NCBI GenBank assembly: GCA_047284725.1
Contig: JBJBEO010000001.1
Location: forward strand, 448,001 to 512,000
Source of the DNA: Synechococcus sp.
Lineage (GTDB): Bacteria; Cyanobacteriota; Cyanobacteriia; PCC-6307; Cyanobiaceae
DNA: 64,000 bases
Direction of reading: 5' to 3'
Positions 48,917 through 60,334 of this stretch are shown in pieces. Each line of letters opens with the position of its first letter. Position 1 is the first letter of the stretch. A program made the translations under genes and the position numbers. The notes below the pieces were generated by a model, which was not told where the DNA came from, did not search any database, and saw only the letters and a list, made by a program, of their open reading frames with translations.

Positions 48917-49977
48917 TGCCTTCCGTTCTTCCCACCTTGCTGGTGGTGCCGACGGGGATCGGCTGCGAGATCGGAGGATTCGCTGGCGATGCACTTCCCA
49001 GTGCTCGCTTGCTTGCCGCAGCCAGTGGTTGCCTGATCACCCATCCCAATGTGATGAACGGGGCAGCGCTCTATTGGAGTGACCCGCGCATTCATTACGT
49101 GGAGGGCTATGGCCTCGACCGTTTTGCTGCTGGCGACTGGGTGCTCAGGCCCGTGCGCCAGCAGCGCATCGGTCTGTTGCTGGATGCAGGGATCGAGCCC
49201 GACTTGCGTCAGCGCCACCTTCAGGTGGCCGATGGTTGTCGCGCAAGCCTCGGCCTGACGATCGGACCGGTGGTCACCACTGATGAGCCACTGGGTGTGC
49301 ACCTTGAACTGGGTGAGAGTGGAACCAGCTGGGGCACCCTTGACCGCCCTGAAGCACTCTTGCGGGCCGGAGAGCGCCTCATGGCTGCTGGTGCCTCCGC
49401 GATCGCGGTGGTGGCACGCTTCCCCGACGATCCGGAGAGCGAGGCTCTGGCGTCCTATCGGCACGGTGGTGGCGTTGATGCCCTGGCCGGAGCCGAGGCG
49501 GTGATCAGTCATCTGTTGGTCAAGCATCTGCAGATCCCTTGTGCGCATGCACCGGCCCTTGATCCTTTGCCTCTTGATCCCCAGCTTGATCCCCGCGCTG
49601 CCGGGGAGGAGTTGGCTTACACCTTTCTTGCCTGTGTCCTGGTGGGGCTGAGTCGTGCCCCTGATCTCGTGGCCACCGAGCGCTCGGGGCTCTCCGAGCA
49701 CTTGCATGCAGACCAGTTGGCTGCCGTTGTGGCTCCTGCGGGAGCCCTTGGCGGAGAAGCTGTGCTGGCCTGCCTGGAGCGTCGTGTGCCTCTGATCACG
49801 GTCGCCAATGCCTCCCTCCTGGAGGTGACGTCTGATGCCTTGCGCTTGGGCGGAACGGATACTGTGCTCCAGGCGGGGTCGTATGCGGAGGCGGCAGGAT
49901 TCCTCTTGGCTCTGCGGGAGGGAGTCAGTGCTGATGCCTTGCAGCGCCCTTTTCTGCCTTTGCAGGAGTTGCTCTGA
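48913..49977 (+). CDS. DUF3326 family protein
   Basis: VPTGIGCEIGGFAGDA, ITHPNVMNGA, GVDALAGAEAVISH, PCAHAP. Confidence 0.9.
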   Translation: MMPSVLPTLLVVPTGIGCEIGGFAGDALPSARLLAAASGCLITHPNVMNGAALYWSDPRIHYVEGYGLDRFAAGDWVLRPVRQQRIGLLLDAGIEPDLRQRHLQVADGCRASLGLTIGPVVTTDEPLGVHLELGESGTSWGTLDRPEALLRAGERLMAAGASAIAVVARFPDDPESEALASYRHGGGVDALAGAEAVISHLLVKHLQIPCAHAPALDPLPLDPQLDPRAAGEELAYTFLACVLVGLSRAPDLVATERSGLSEHLHADQLAAVVAPAGALGGEAVLACLERRVPLITVANASLLEVTSDALRLGGTDTVLQAGSYAEAAGFLLALREGVSADALQRPFLPLQELL

Positions 49978-50417
49978 TGGCCCGAGGATTTGGCGCCGGG
50001 GACCGGGATCAGTTGCCTTGTCCCTGTGGTCGCGGCTCCAGTTATGGCGATTGCTGCGGGCTTTTGCACCGGGGTAAGTCCAGGGCCAGCACCGCTGAGC
50101 AATTGATGCGTTCCCGCTACAGCGCTTATGCGATGGGGGAGGTGGAGTACCTGCTCTCCACTCATCCCGACGTTCAGACACCGATGGCGGAGCGACGCCG
50201 CGCCTTGCTGTGCAGCTGCCGTCAGACCCGTTGGTTGGGTTTAACCATTCTCGATTCGACGGCAGGAGGACGACAGGATTGCGAGGGGACGGTGTGTTTT
50301 GAGGCTCGGTTTTCCGCTGAAGGTCGCAAGGGCACGCTGCAGGAGACCTCGTTCTTTCAGCGTGAAGGTGGCGGTTGCGATGGCGACTGGCTCTACATCA
50401 GGGCTCTTGCTCACTGA
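49977..50417 (+). CDS. YchJ family (SEC-C motif) protein
   Basis: CPCG...YGDCC, TAEQLMRSRYSAY, GTVCFEA, ETSFF...WLY. Confidence 0.9.
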   Translation: MARGFGAGDRDQLPCPCGRGSSYGDCCGLLHRGKSRASTAEQLMRSRYSAYAMGEVEYLLSTHPDVQTPMAERRRALLCSCRQTRWLGLTILDSTAGGRQDCEGTVCFEARFSAEGRKGTLQETSFFQREGGGCDGDWLYIRALAH

Positions 50418-50454
50418 CACGCAGGGTGCATCTGGATGCGTCTTGAGGACGTGA

Positions 50455-51594
50455 TCAGCGCAGGCAGGCCATCGGGTGGCGGGGGGGCAACCCCAGCGCC
50501 TTGGCCACGCCGGGATGGCAGACCGCACCCTGCACGGTGTTCAGGCCTGACAGTAGTTCGGGGCGTTCGGTGACCGCCTCCTCCAGGCCACGGCCGGCGA
50601 TGCCAAGGATGTAGGGGAGGGTCACACTCACCAGGGCTTCGGTGGAGGTGTACGGCACCGCTCCCGGCATGTTGCCCACGGCGTAGTGCTGCACGCCATG
50701 GATGGCCACCGTCGGATTGGTGTGGGTGGTTTCCTGGCTGGTGGCCACACAGCCACCCTGATCTATCGCCACATCCACGATCACAGAGCCTGGCTTCATC
50801 TGTTCCACCAGCTCTTCGTCCACCAGGGTGGGTGCTCGTCCCCCTGGGGTGAGCACCGCACCGATCAATAAGTCGGCACTGGGCACCAGGCGCTCCAGCA
50901 GGCCTCGGCTGCTCACGACGCTGATCAGTCGTCCGCGATGTGCTGCTTCCAGGCTGCGCAGTTTCTCGGGAGAGCGATCCAGCAGCAGCACCTCTGCATC
51001 CATCGCGGCCGCCAGCCGTGCGGCATTCCACCCTACGGTGCCGGCACCCAGCACCACCACCCGGGCGGGCTGCACGCCGGTGCAGCCGCCGATCAAGATG
51101 CCCCGGCCGCCGTGGGGTTGCTCGAGCAGGTGGGCACCCACCTGAGCGGCCAGACGACCGGCAATCTCACTCATGGGCGCGAGCAACGGCAAGCTGCCGT
51201 TTTCCAGTTGCACCGTTTCGTAGGCCACTCCCGTGGTGCCTGCCTCGAGCAGGGCTTCCCCCACCTTCGGGTAGGCCGCGAGATGGAGGTAAGTGAACAG
51301 CACCATGTCGTCGCGCAGGAAGACAAATTCCTCTGGCTGCGGTTCTTTCACCTTCACCACCAGGTGGGCGGACCAGGCCTCCTCCTTGGTGACCAGCCGA
51401 GCTCCGGCAAGGGCGAAGGCGTCATCGCTGATCCCAGCACCGGCTCCGGCTCCGCTCTGGACACGCACCTCCAGCCCCTGCATCACGAGTTCCCTCACCC
51501 CATCCGGAGTGAGGGCAACCCGACGTTCATCAACCTTGATTTCGCTCGGCACGCCGATGGTGGCCATCGGCGCCGTGAGAACGGAGTGGGCCAT
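50455..51594 (-). CDS. ald: Alanine dehydrogenase
   Basis: IGVPSEIK...ERRVALTP, KVKEP, FTYLHLAA, PMSEIAGR, VDVAIDQGGC, VGNMPGAV. Confidence 0.97.
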   Translation of the reverse strand: MAHSVLTAPMATIGVPSEIKVDERRVALTPDGVRELVMQGLEVRVQSGAGAGAGISDDAFALAGARLVTKEEAWSAHLVVKVKEPQPEEFVFLRDDMVLFTYLHLAAYPKVGEALLEAGTTGVAYETVQLENGSLPLLAPMSEIAGRLAAQVGAHLLEQPHGGRGILIGGCTGVQPARVVVLGAGTVGWNAARLAAAMDAEVLLLDRSPEKLRSLEAAHRGRLISVVSSRGLLERLVPSADLLIGAVLTPGGRAPTLVDEELVEQMKPGSVIVDVAIDQGGCVATSQETTHTNPTVAIHGVQHYAVGNMPGAVPYTSTEALVSVTLPYILGIAGRGLEEAVTERPELLSGLNTVQGAVCHPGVAKALGLPPRHPMACLR

Positions 51595-51622
51595 GGTGGC
51601 TGGGAAGTGCCTTCAATCTGGC

Positions 51623-53341
51623 TCAGCCCGCCGCAATCGGCAGCCTCCATCCCGACCCGAATGCCTGGGGGCTCACCTTCAGCACAGGCGCAGCTTGGCG
51701 TCGTTTGAATTCTGAGCGGCGGAACAGGCGCTGTACCTGATCGATCGCTTCGGCAGGGTGACCGCGCTGCAGCAATGCATCGCGGCCCAAGCGCTCTTCA
51801 ATCAGATCCTTCAGCAAAGGGTCGAGGATGGCGTAGTCGGGGAGCGAGTCGCTGTCTTTTTGATCGGGGCGCAACTCGGCGCTGGGTGGCTTGTCGCGGA
51901 TGGCTCGGCCCACCAATTCCCCCTTCAGCGGGAGGTGGAGGTCTTGTCTGCAGTTTGTTGAGGCTGGACTGTCGAGCCAGGCTGACAGAGAGAAGACCGT
52001 GGATTTGTAGAGGTCCCCAATCACGGCGAGGCCACCGTTCATGTCCCCGTAGAGGGTGCAGTAGCCAACGGCCAGCTCCGATTTGTTGCCGGTGGAGAGC
52101 AGGAGCTGGCCCTGCTGGTTGGCCACGGCCATCAGCAGGGTGCCGCGGATACGCGATTGCAGGTTTTCTGCGGTCACATCGGCGGGGGGGCCTGCCAGGA
52201 CCGGGGAGAGGGTGCTGGCAAAGTCCTCCATCAAGCTTGCAATCGGAACGGTGTGCGTGTTGAACTTCAGCCGCTTGGCCAGAGCGGCGGCATCGTCGAT
52301 CGAGCCGCGCGAACTCCAGGGAGATGGCATCAGCAGGCCCTGCACGCGATCGTCGCCCAGGGCCGCGGCAGCGATCACGGCCACGAGCGCCGAGTCAATG
52401 CCGCCGCTGAGACCCAGCAGGGCTTTGTCGAAGCCACATTTATCCGCGTAGTCACGCACGCCCAGCACCAGAGCTCGGAAGAGCCTTTCTTCCACGCCCA
52501 TGGCAGTGCCGTGGTGTGGGGGAGTTGACGCAGTAGTGGTCTGCCGGTCGGCGTCCCAAACCTCCACCGTTTCGCTGCAGAAAGGCAGCTCCAAAGCCAG
52601 AGCGTTTGGTGCACAGGCTGGCATCGCTACGAAGCTGGAGCCGTCGAACACCAGTTCGTCGTTGCCTCCCACCTGATTCACATAGACCACGGGGCATTGC
52701 AGCCGGCTGGCGGCCTGATGGGCCAGTCGATGGCGCAGTGTCAGTTTTTTGCGGCCGAAGGGGGAGGCTGAGAGATTGATCAGGATCTCGATGCCTTGAT
52801 CACAGAGGGCACCGATGGGATCAGGACCGCAAAGGCGTTGGTCGTGGAGAGCAGGATCCACCCAGAGGTCCTCGCAGATTGTGAGTCCCAAGTGCCAGGT
52901 GCGTTTTCCTGTAGGGAAGCTCAGCTTGGCGGGACTGTTCGCAGCGCGGAAATAACGGCTCTCATCAAAGACGTCGTAGCTGGGCAGGAGTTGTTTTCGC
53001 CCCACCACGTGCCACTGACCGTGTCGGATCAGTGCGACAGCGTTGAACAGGCAGGGACTCTGACCATCGTTGGTGGCGTCGACCAGACCCACCAACACCC
53101 CTAAGTCCGGTGCAAGCTCCGCCAGGTTCTGGCTGAGCTTGTCCATCACGAGCTGCTGCTGCTCCACCCGTGAACGATTGAGCAGCAGGTCTCGGGGTGG
53201 ATACCCCCAGAGTGAGAGTTCCGGTGTGACCACCAGATCCGTTTCTTTCATGAGGGCCTGGTGGCAGGCCGTCAGGATGCGTTGGGCGTTGCCTGGTAGG
53301 TCGCCGACCAGGGGGTTGAGTTGGGCCAGGGCAAGACGCAT
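51623..53341 (-). CDS. nadE: Glutamine-dependent NAD+ synthetase
   Basis: Nitrilase domain (PEL, KQLLP, ICED) plus synthetase domain (GLSGGIDS, ENLQSRIR, TGNKSE, PPSAEL). Confidence 0.96.
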   Translation of the reverse strand: MRLALAQLNPLVGDLPGNAQRILTACHQALMKETDLVVTPELSLWGYPPRDLLLNRSRVEQQQLVMDKLSQNLAELAPDLGVLVGLVDATNDGQSPCLFNAVALIRHGQWHVVGRKQLLPSYDVFDESRYFRAANSPAKLSFPTGKRTWHLGLTICEDLWVDPALHDQRLCGPDPIGALCDQGIEILINLSASPFGRKKLTLRHRLAHQAASRLQCPVVYVNQVGGNDELVFDGSSFVAMPACAPNALALELPFCSETVEVWDADRQTTTASTPPHHGTAMGVEERLFRALVLGVRDYADKCGFDKALLGLSGGIDSALVAVIAAAALGDDRVQGLLMPSPWSSRGSIDDAAALAKRLKFNTHTVPIASLMEDFASTLSPVLAGPPADVTAENLQSRIRGTLLMAVANQQGQLLLSTGNKSELAVGYCTLYGDMNGGLAVIGDLYKSTVFSLSAWLDSPASTNCRQDLHLPLKGELVGRAIRDKPPSAELRPDQKDSDSLPDYAILDPLLKDLIEERLGRDALLQRGHPAEAIDQVQRLFRRSEFKRRQAAPVLKVSPQAFGSGWRLPIAAG

Positions 53342-53345
53342 CGAC

Positions 53346-53948
53346 CTAGGGACAGACAGGATCGGAGTCAGCCTTGAAACCGTAGAACTGGCGCTGCGCG
53401 AGCATCGACCTCAGGGCCGTTGGAACCTGATTGGGATCGGCGTTTCTGCGGGCTTCGGAGCTGGCGGTGTCGGGAATGCTGAGCTTCAGCACCTTCACCT
53501 GTCCCCCCTGCTGGCGCAGATGATTGAGTGCATCGCGTTCCAGGGGCCAGCCCTGGCGAGGAACCACGGTGAGAACGCAGCGCTGCAGGATCTGCTTTGC
53601 CTGTTTCCACTGCAGGATCTGTGGCACCAGGTCACTGCCCACCACAAAGCACAACGTCGCGCCTGGCCACCGGGTCTGGGCCCGGTTCAGGGTGGTGATC
53701 GCCCAGGGACTGCTCAGCTCCTGGACAAGCTTCAGCCGCGGATTGGCGATGGCCAACACCAGGGTGTCGAGAAGTCGACAGCGTTCAGCCAGGGGAAGGG
53801 CATGGCATTTCCCTGGATTGTCACTGGCCCAGGTGACCACCTGATCGTGATGTTCGAGCAGTTGTTCGAGCAAGGCTTGATGCCCGCGAGTCGGTGGATC
53901 AGCACTGGTGCCGAGCAGGGCGATGCTGAGCCTTGAGCCTGCGCTCAT
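53346..53948 (-). CDS. nadD: Nicotinate-nucleotide adenylyltransferase
   Basis: GTSADPPTRGH, VGSD, SSEAR; directly upstream of nadE. Confidence 0.92.
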   Translation of the reverse strand: MSAGSRLSIALLGTSADPPTRGHQALLEQLLEHHDQVVTWASDNPGKCHALPLAERCRLLDTLVLAIANPRLKLVQELSSPWAITTLNRAQTRWPGATLCFVVGSDLVPQILQWKQAKQILQRCVLTVVPRQGWPLERDALNHLRQQGGQVKVLKLSIPDTASSEARRNADPNQVPTALRSMLAQRQFYGFKADSDPVCP

Positions 53949-55291
53949 GGCAGCACTTCCCCCAACCCTTGTTGCGGTGGTTGTTGGGGCCAGTGCTGGA
54001 GCAAGTGCCGCAATGCTGGATCCCGACCGGCCAGGCGCCGCAGCAGGATCGACGGTACCGGCTGACTGCGTCGTCCCCGGCCCTGTTGTTCCAGCAGCCA
54101 GCGAGCGGTGAGGCGTCCTGTGCGGCGGGTGGTGTGCACGGCAAGCGCTGCCTGAGCCAGGGCCACCGGTGCTGCCGGTGCCAGCGTGAGACCTGCGGTG
54201 AAGGGTGCTGCTGCCACCAGCACCTGGCGCACACCGCTCAGGGCTGCCTGAATGCCCAGCTGTACACCACCCAGCAGGGCGTTGTGGCCAGACAGGCGCT
54301 GCAGCAGCCGGCGCGCTGCCGGACCGCCCATGGGCAAGTCATACAGCTGGCAGAGCTGCATCACCAGCGCGGTGTCGCAGGCCAGCCCACCGGCCAGATC
54401 AAGCAGCACCAGGGGATTGGCAGCCACACCGGTGGCTTTGAGAGCGGCGTAACGTCCGATTAAACCTTGGGCATCGCGCCGTCGACGTTGGAGTCGGCCC
54501 CGTTCAATCTGACGTTGCAGCCGCTCGGCCTGCCGCAGGGTATTGAGGGTGAGCAATGACAACCCCTGGTCGGTGAGCAGTTGGCGCAGGGCCTCCTGCA
54601 GCGATGCCATGCGAGGCGGTTGCAACTGACTGCGCACTCGGCCATCAGCGCGTTGCATCGCCTGCCTTGGTGCGGCCGCAACCGCGAGGGCAGGGCGCAG
54701 ACTGAGGCCCTGCGAGGCGCCGCAGTGGCGTTCGATCCGACGCTGGATGCTGAGAAGAAGGGATGCAAGGTCTCGCTCGGACCAGCAATCACTGCGGTTC
54801 AGCACAGGCAGCACCGGCTTGCCGCTGGCCAGCAATCCATCGAGCGCATCGAGTTCCACCCGGCTGATGTCGGCATCAAGCACCAGCAGCACCAGGTCGG
54901 CATGCAGGGCAACCCTTGCAGCCAGACGGGTCCGACCGGCGGCCGCCACTTCATCGATTCCCGGCGTGTCGACCAGCTCGACCGTCGCCAAGCCCGCAAC
55001 CGTTTCGGGCCAGGGCACGGCGCGTTGATGCCGGGTGCAGCCATGGGCCACATCGGTGGCCATGACGTCGTCTCCCACCAGGGCGTTGACCAGGCTCGAC
55101 TTGCCCACCCCAACACGGCCGAACACGGCCACCCGCAGGTGCCGCTCCTGCAAACGCCGCAACTGGCGATCCAGGTGCGCGAGGTTTCCTGCCAGGAGGC
55201 CGCTCTCCCTCGGACTGAGCGCGAGGCCAGCCCGCCACTGTTCCAGCAGCTGCAGGCCATGGTGGAGGCTGGCGGTCGAGCTGTCGTTCAT
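53945..55291 (-). CDS. GTP-binding protein with C-terminal DUF697 domain (YcjF-like)
   Basis: GRVGVGKSS, DTPG, NRSD and ANPLVLLDL; ATG 55291 overlaps the upstream stop. Confidence 0.87.
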   Translation of the reverse strand: MNDSSTASLHHGLQLLEQWRAGLALSPRESGLLAGNLAHLDRQLRRLQERHLRVAVFGRVGVGKSSLVNALVGDDVMATDVAHGCTRHQRAVPWPETVAGLATVELVDTPGIDEVAAAGRTRLAARVALHADLVLLVLDADISRVELDALDGLLASGKPVLPVLNRSDCWSERDLASLLLSIQRRIERHCGASQGLSLRPALAVAAAPRQAMQRADGRVRSQLQPPRMASLQEALRQLLTDQGLSLLTLNTLRQAERLQRQIERGRLQRRRRDAQGLIGRYAALKATGVAANPLVLLDLAGGLACDTALVMQLCQLYDLPMGGPAARRLLQRLSGHNALLGGVQLGIQAALSGVRQVLVAAAPFTAGLTLAPAAPVALAQAALAVHTTRRTGRLTARWLLEQQGRGRRSQPVPSILLRRLAGRDPALRHLLQHWPQQPPQQGLGEVLP

Positions 55292-56304
55292 GCAGACCTC
55301 CCGCTGGACCCCGAGGATTTGCGCCACCATCCGGCCAGGACGGCCAGAACGGCATCGGCGCCGATCACGCCGACAAAGCCGCCGAATTCATCGACCACCA
55401 CCCGCACGCCGCTGTTATCACGGCGAAAGCTGGTGAGCAATCGGTCGACACGGATCATTTCAGGGACAAACTCAACGGGTTCCGCCAGGTCAAGAGCGGA
55501 GAGATGACCCTTGTGTTCGAGCAACGCCGTGAGCAGATTTTCGCGGCTGGCCACCCCGAGCACGTTGTCGACTTCCTTGCCCAGAACAACCCACCAAGGA
55601 GATGAATTATCGACCAGCTGCTGACGCAGTTGATGCAGACTGGCATGTCCGGCCAGGGTGGGGGCTGCAACCCGAGGAGTCATCAGCTCCCGCGCGGTGA
55701 GGTCGTTGAGCTGGAAAACCTTGGCGATCATCGCCGCTTCATCCGCTTCGATCTGCCCCTTTTGTGAGCCCAGCCGTGCCAGCAGGCGGATTTCGTTCTC
55801 ATCGGTGCTCAGTTCGCTTTCTTCGCTGATTGCTGGCAGAAGCCTTTCGAGCAGCAGCACCAGTGGGCGCATCAAGACTCCTAAGGCCTGCAGCACCGGT
55901 GCGCTGCTCAGGGCCACCGGGATCGCCAGGCGGGTGCCCAGTGCTTTGGGGAGGATTTCCCCCAGCAGGATCACCAGCACGGTGAGCGCCACGGAAAACA
56001 GCGGCAGAGCGATGTCACTGAACTGATGCTGCTGAAACACCCACGCGGCGTAACCGCCGAGCATCATGCTTCCGAAAATATTGAAGGCGTTGTTGGCAAT
56101 CACCAGCACCGACAGGGTGCGGCCGAGCCGTTGACGCAATCGCGCCAGGGTGCGGGCCCCCGCCACGGGCTTGCTGCGGCTGGCCAATTCGTGCAGGCGC
56201 ACTGGATTGACCGACAGCAGGGCGGCTTCAACGCCGGAGCACAGGGCGGATCCGGCCAGCACCACCACCACCATCAACACCAGGATCAGCAGATCGGAAC
56301 TCAT
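55288..56304 (-). CDS. CNNM (DUF21)/CBS domain membrane protein, CorB/CorC-like
   Basis: SGVEAALLS, GEILPK, LMTPR, VVDEFGGFVG. Confidence 0.9.
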   Translation of the reverse strand: MSSDLLILVLMVVVVLAGSALCSGVEAALLSVNPVRLHELASRSKPVAGARTLARLRQRLGRTLSVLVIANNAFNIFGSMMLGGYAAWVFQQHQFSDIALPLFSVALTVLVILLGEILPKALGTRLAIPVALSSAPVLQALGVLMRPLVLLLERLLPAISEESELSTDENEIRLLARLGSQKGQIEADEAAMIAKVFQLNDLTARELMTPRVAAPTLAGHASLHQLRQQLVDNSSPWWVVLGKEVDNVLGVASRENLLTALLEHKGHLSALDLAEPVEFVPEMIRVDRLLTSFRRDNSGVRVVVDEFGGFVGVIGADAVLAVLAGWWRKSSGSSGRSA

Positions 56305-56357
56305 GCCGGGACGCTTTGCCTGCCATCCTGACGGTTCCTCGACGCCCTGTCTCCGCC

Positions 56358-57692
56358 GTGATCGATCAGCACTGTTATGCCGCGCGGCGCCAGCGCTTTC
56401 TGGACCTGCTCGGCGGTGCGGCGGCGGTGATTCCGGCGGCGCCCCTGGTCACCCATCACGCCGATTGCGAATGGCCGTTCCGGCAGAACAGTGACTTCTG
56501 GTACCTGACGGGATTTGACGAACCCGATGCCGTGGCGCTGTTGCTGCCCCACAGGCCGGAGGGAGAGCGTTTTGTGCTGTTCGTGCAGCCGCGAGAACCG
56601 GGCGCTGAGGTTTGGACAGGCCGCCGCTGGGGAACGGAAGGGGCCGTCGAGCAGTACGGGGCCGACCTCGCCCATCCCCTGGAGGCCTTGGAGGAGCTGC
56701 TCCCCCACTATCTCAGTGGTGCAGAGGGGATTGCTTTCCGCGTGGGGCATCATCCGGCGGTGGAGCCACTGGTGCTCAAGGTCTGGGCGGGGCAGCTCGA
56801 TCGCCAAGCCCGCTCGGGCTCGGCGGCCCTGGCTCTGGTGGCTCCCTGTCCGATGTTGCATCACCTGCGTCTGCAGAAATCAGCCGAGGAGCTGAAGCGC
56901 TTGCGGGAAGCGTGCAGGATTTCTGCGGAGGCCCATGAACTGGCCCGCCAGGCCGCGGAGCCGGGGCTGTCGGAGCGGCAGATCCAGGCGGTTCTCGAAC
57001 AGCACTTCCTCGCCTCCGGTGCCCGCGGTCCTGCCTATGGATCGATCGTGGCTGGTGGTGACAACGCTTGCGTGCTGCATTACATCGCCAACAGTTCCGT
57101 CCTTCGTGATGGCGACCTGCTCCTGATTGATGCCGGATGTTCACTCAATGATTACTACAACGGCGACATCACTCGAACATTTCCGATTAACGGCCGGTTC
57201 AGCGGCGAACAACGTGATCTCTACGAGCTGGTGCTGGCAGCCCAGAGCGCGGCAATCTCCCAGGTCAAGCCGGGAGGAACGGCGGAACAGGTTCACGACA
57301 CTGCTCTGCGGGTGCTCGTGGAGGGACTGCTGGAGCTCAAATTGTTGGTCGGCGATTTGGATGGGGTGATCGAGCAGGGGGCCTATCGCCATCTCTATAT
57401 GCATCGCACCGGCCATTGGCTTGGTCTGGATGTGCATGACGTGGGGGCCTATCGCCTTGGAGAGCATTCGGTGAGCCTGAAGGAGGGGATGGTGCTCACG
57501 GTGGAACCGGGCCTGTATGTGAGCGACCGTTTGGAGGTTCCCGAAGGTCAGCCTGCGATTGAGGATCGCTGGAAAGGAATTGGCATCCGCATCGAGGATG
57601 ATGTTGCAGTGCGCGACACCGCAGAGGTGGCCTGTGGCCATGAGGTGCTCACGGTCGCGGCCTTGAAAGGGACGGCTCAGATGGAGCGGTGA
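56358..57692 (+). CDS. pepP: Xaa-Pro aminopeptidase
   Basis: FRQNSDFWYLTG, LHY, LIDAG...GDITRT, HRTGHWLGLDVHD, TVEPG, GIRIEDD. Confidence 0.95.
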   Translation: MIDQHCYAARRQRFLDLLGGAAAVIPAAPLVTHHADCEWPFRQNSDFWYLTGFDEPDAVALLLPHRPEGERFVLFVQPREPGAEVWTGRRWGTEGAVEQYGADLAHPLEALEELLPHYLSGAEGIAFRVGHHPAVEPLVLKVWAGQLDRQARSGSAALALVAPCPMLHHLRLQKSAEELKRLREACRISAEAHELARQAAEPGLSERQIQAVLEQHFLASGARGPAYGSIVAGGDNACVLHYIANSSVLRDGDLLLIDAGCSLNDYYNGDITRTFPINGRFSGEQRDLYELVLAAQSAAISQVKPGGTAEQVHDTALRVLVEGLLELKLLVGDLDGVIEQGAYRHLYMHRTGHWLGLDVHDVGAYRLGEHSVSLKEGMVLTVEPGLYVSDRLEVPEGQPAIEDRWKGIGIRIEDDVAVRDTAEVACGHEVLTVAALKGTAQMER

Positions 57693-57699
57693 GAAAGGT

Positions 57700-58856
57700 T
57701 CAGCCCACCACCTGGAGTGCGATCCACACCACTCCAACGATCAGCAGCATCAAGCCATCGAGCTCGCTCACCCTGCCGCTCATCGGTCGCACCAGGATCA
57801 AGGTGAGCACGAGGAGCACCGATTCCAGTGGATCCAGGCCCAGGATCACATCGGTGCCTGTCAGTTCGCCGATCAGGAGCACCGCTGGCACGGTGAGGCA
57901 AAGGGTGGAGAGGGATGATCCGTAAAGCGTGTTGAGCGAACGCTGCAATTCCCCTCGACCTGCTGCTTGAAATGCATTCAAGGCTTCCGGTGCCACCACC
58001 AACAGGCCCACCAGAACGCCTCCGAGTGAGCTGGACAGACCCAAATCGGTGATGCCGGTTTCAATCAGGCTGCCCATGGACTCAGCGATCAGCACCAGCA
58101 CCAGCAGGCCACTGCCCATCCGCAGGCCATTCAGCAACATGGTCTTGGCTTCTGCTGTCTCTTCATGATTCAGCGCCCCATGGGCTCCGTCTCCTGCCTG
58201 GCTGATGGCCAGTTGTTCGGGCGTGTCGAGGAACAACGACCGGTAACTGCCCACTTGAAAACGGAGGAACACGCCGTAAAGCCCCACGGCCACCACCGTC
58301 AGTAACCAATTGATCGGCAGGGAGTAATTGGCTTCAAGGCTGTCCTGGCTGAAATTCGGCAGCACGAGCACCAACACGCTCATGGTGGTGATCAAATTGA
58401 TGTAGGTGGCTGCTCCGCTGCGGTTCACCTCCGCCAGGTCTTCTGGCTGCATGGGGCCTTCACGCCCTTGTTTCTGAAATTGGGAGGCCAGGATCAAGGT
58501 GATTCCCTTGACCCCTGTGAGCACGATCATCAGCACGGAGAACATCGAATCCCGGGCCAGGGTTGGGTTGCTCTCACCAGTGAGCATCGTGCTTGAGACA
58601 AGTGCGAGCTCGATCACGATCACCGAGCCTGTGAGCACAAGGGTTCCCAGTGGTTCTCCAAGGTCTTCGGCGAGATGGTCGGCCTGACGGGCTACCCGTC
58701 GGGACAACAGCAGCACCAGAAGACTGAGCACACCAAGCCCCCCCAATACAAGGGCGGCCTGCTGATGCATCAACCAGGGGAGAAGAGGGCTCGTCTGCAG
58801 AGAGATGAGCGTCACGACACCGAGCAGCAGCGCCCATTCCTGGCGGACGGCTTGGA

Positions 58857-58878
<22 letters not shown>
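57700..58878 (-). CDS. chaA: Ca2+(Na+)/H+ antiporter, ChaA-type CaCA family
   Basis: LGEPLGTLVLTGSVIVIE, TLARDSMFS, LVVAPEAL, QRSLNTLYGS, LTVPAV; many TM segments. Confidence 0.85.
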
Positions 58879-60228
<1,350 letters not shown>

Positions 60229-60255
60229 TCCTTCCGAATCTGTCTCTTCATGATC

Positions 60256-60280
60256 AGCCTGCATTTCTGCAGGCTTTTTT
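60256..60280 (+). terminator. Intrinsic terminator after ycf65
   Basis: AGCCTGCA-TTTC-TGCAGGCT followed by TTTTT. Confidence 0.85.
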
Positions 60281-60334
60281 GTTGCTCGCACTCTGACGAG
60301 ATCGTGGCTGCTGTGTTGTCAATGCGTCGTTGAT

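Noticed and set aside
48652..50181. 509-aa minus-strand ORF
   Set aside because: Antisense to the well-supported ferredoxin-DUF3326-YchJ genes; no motifs.
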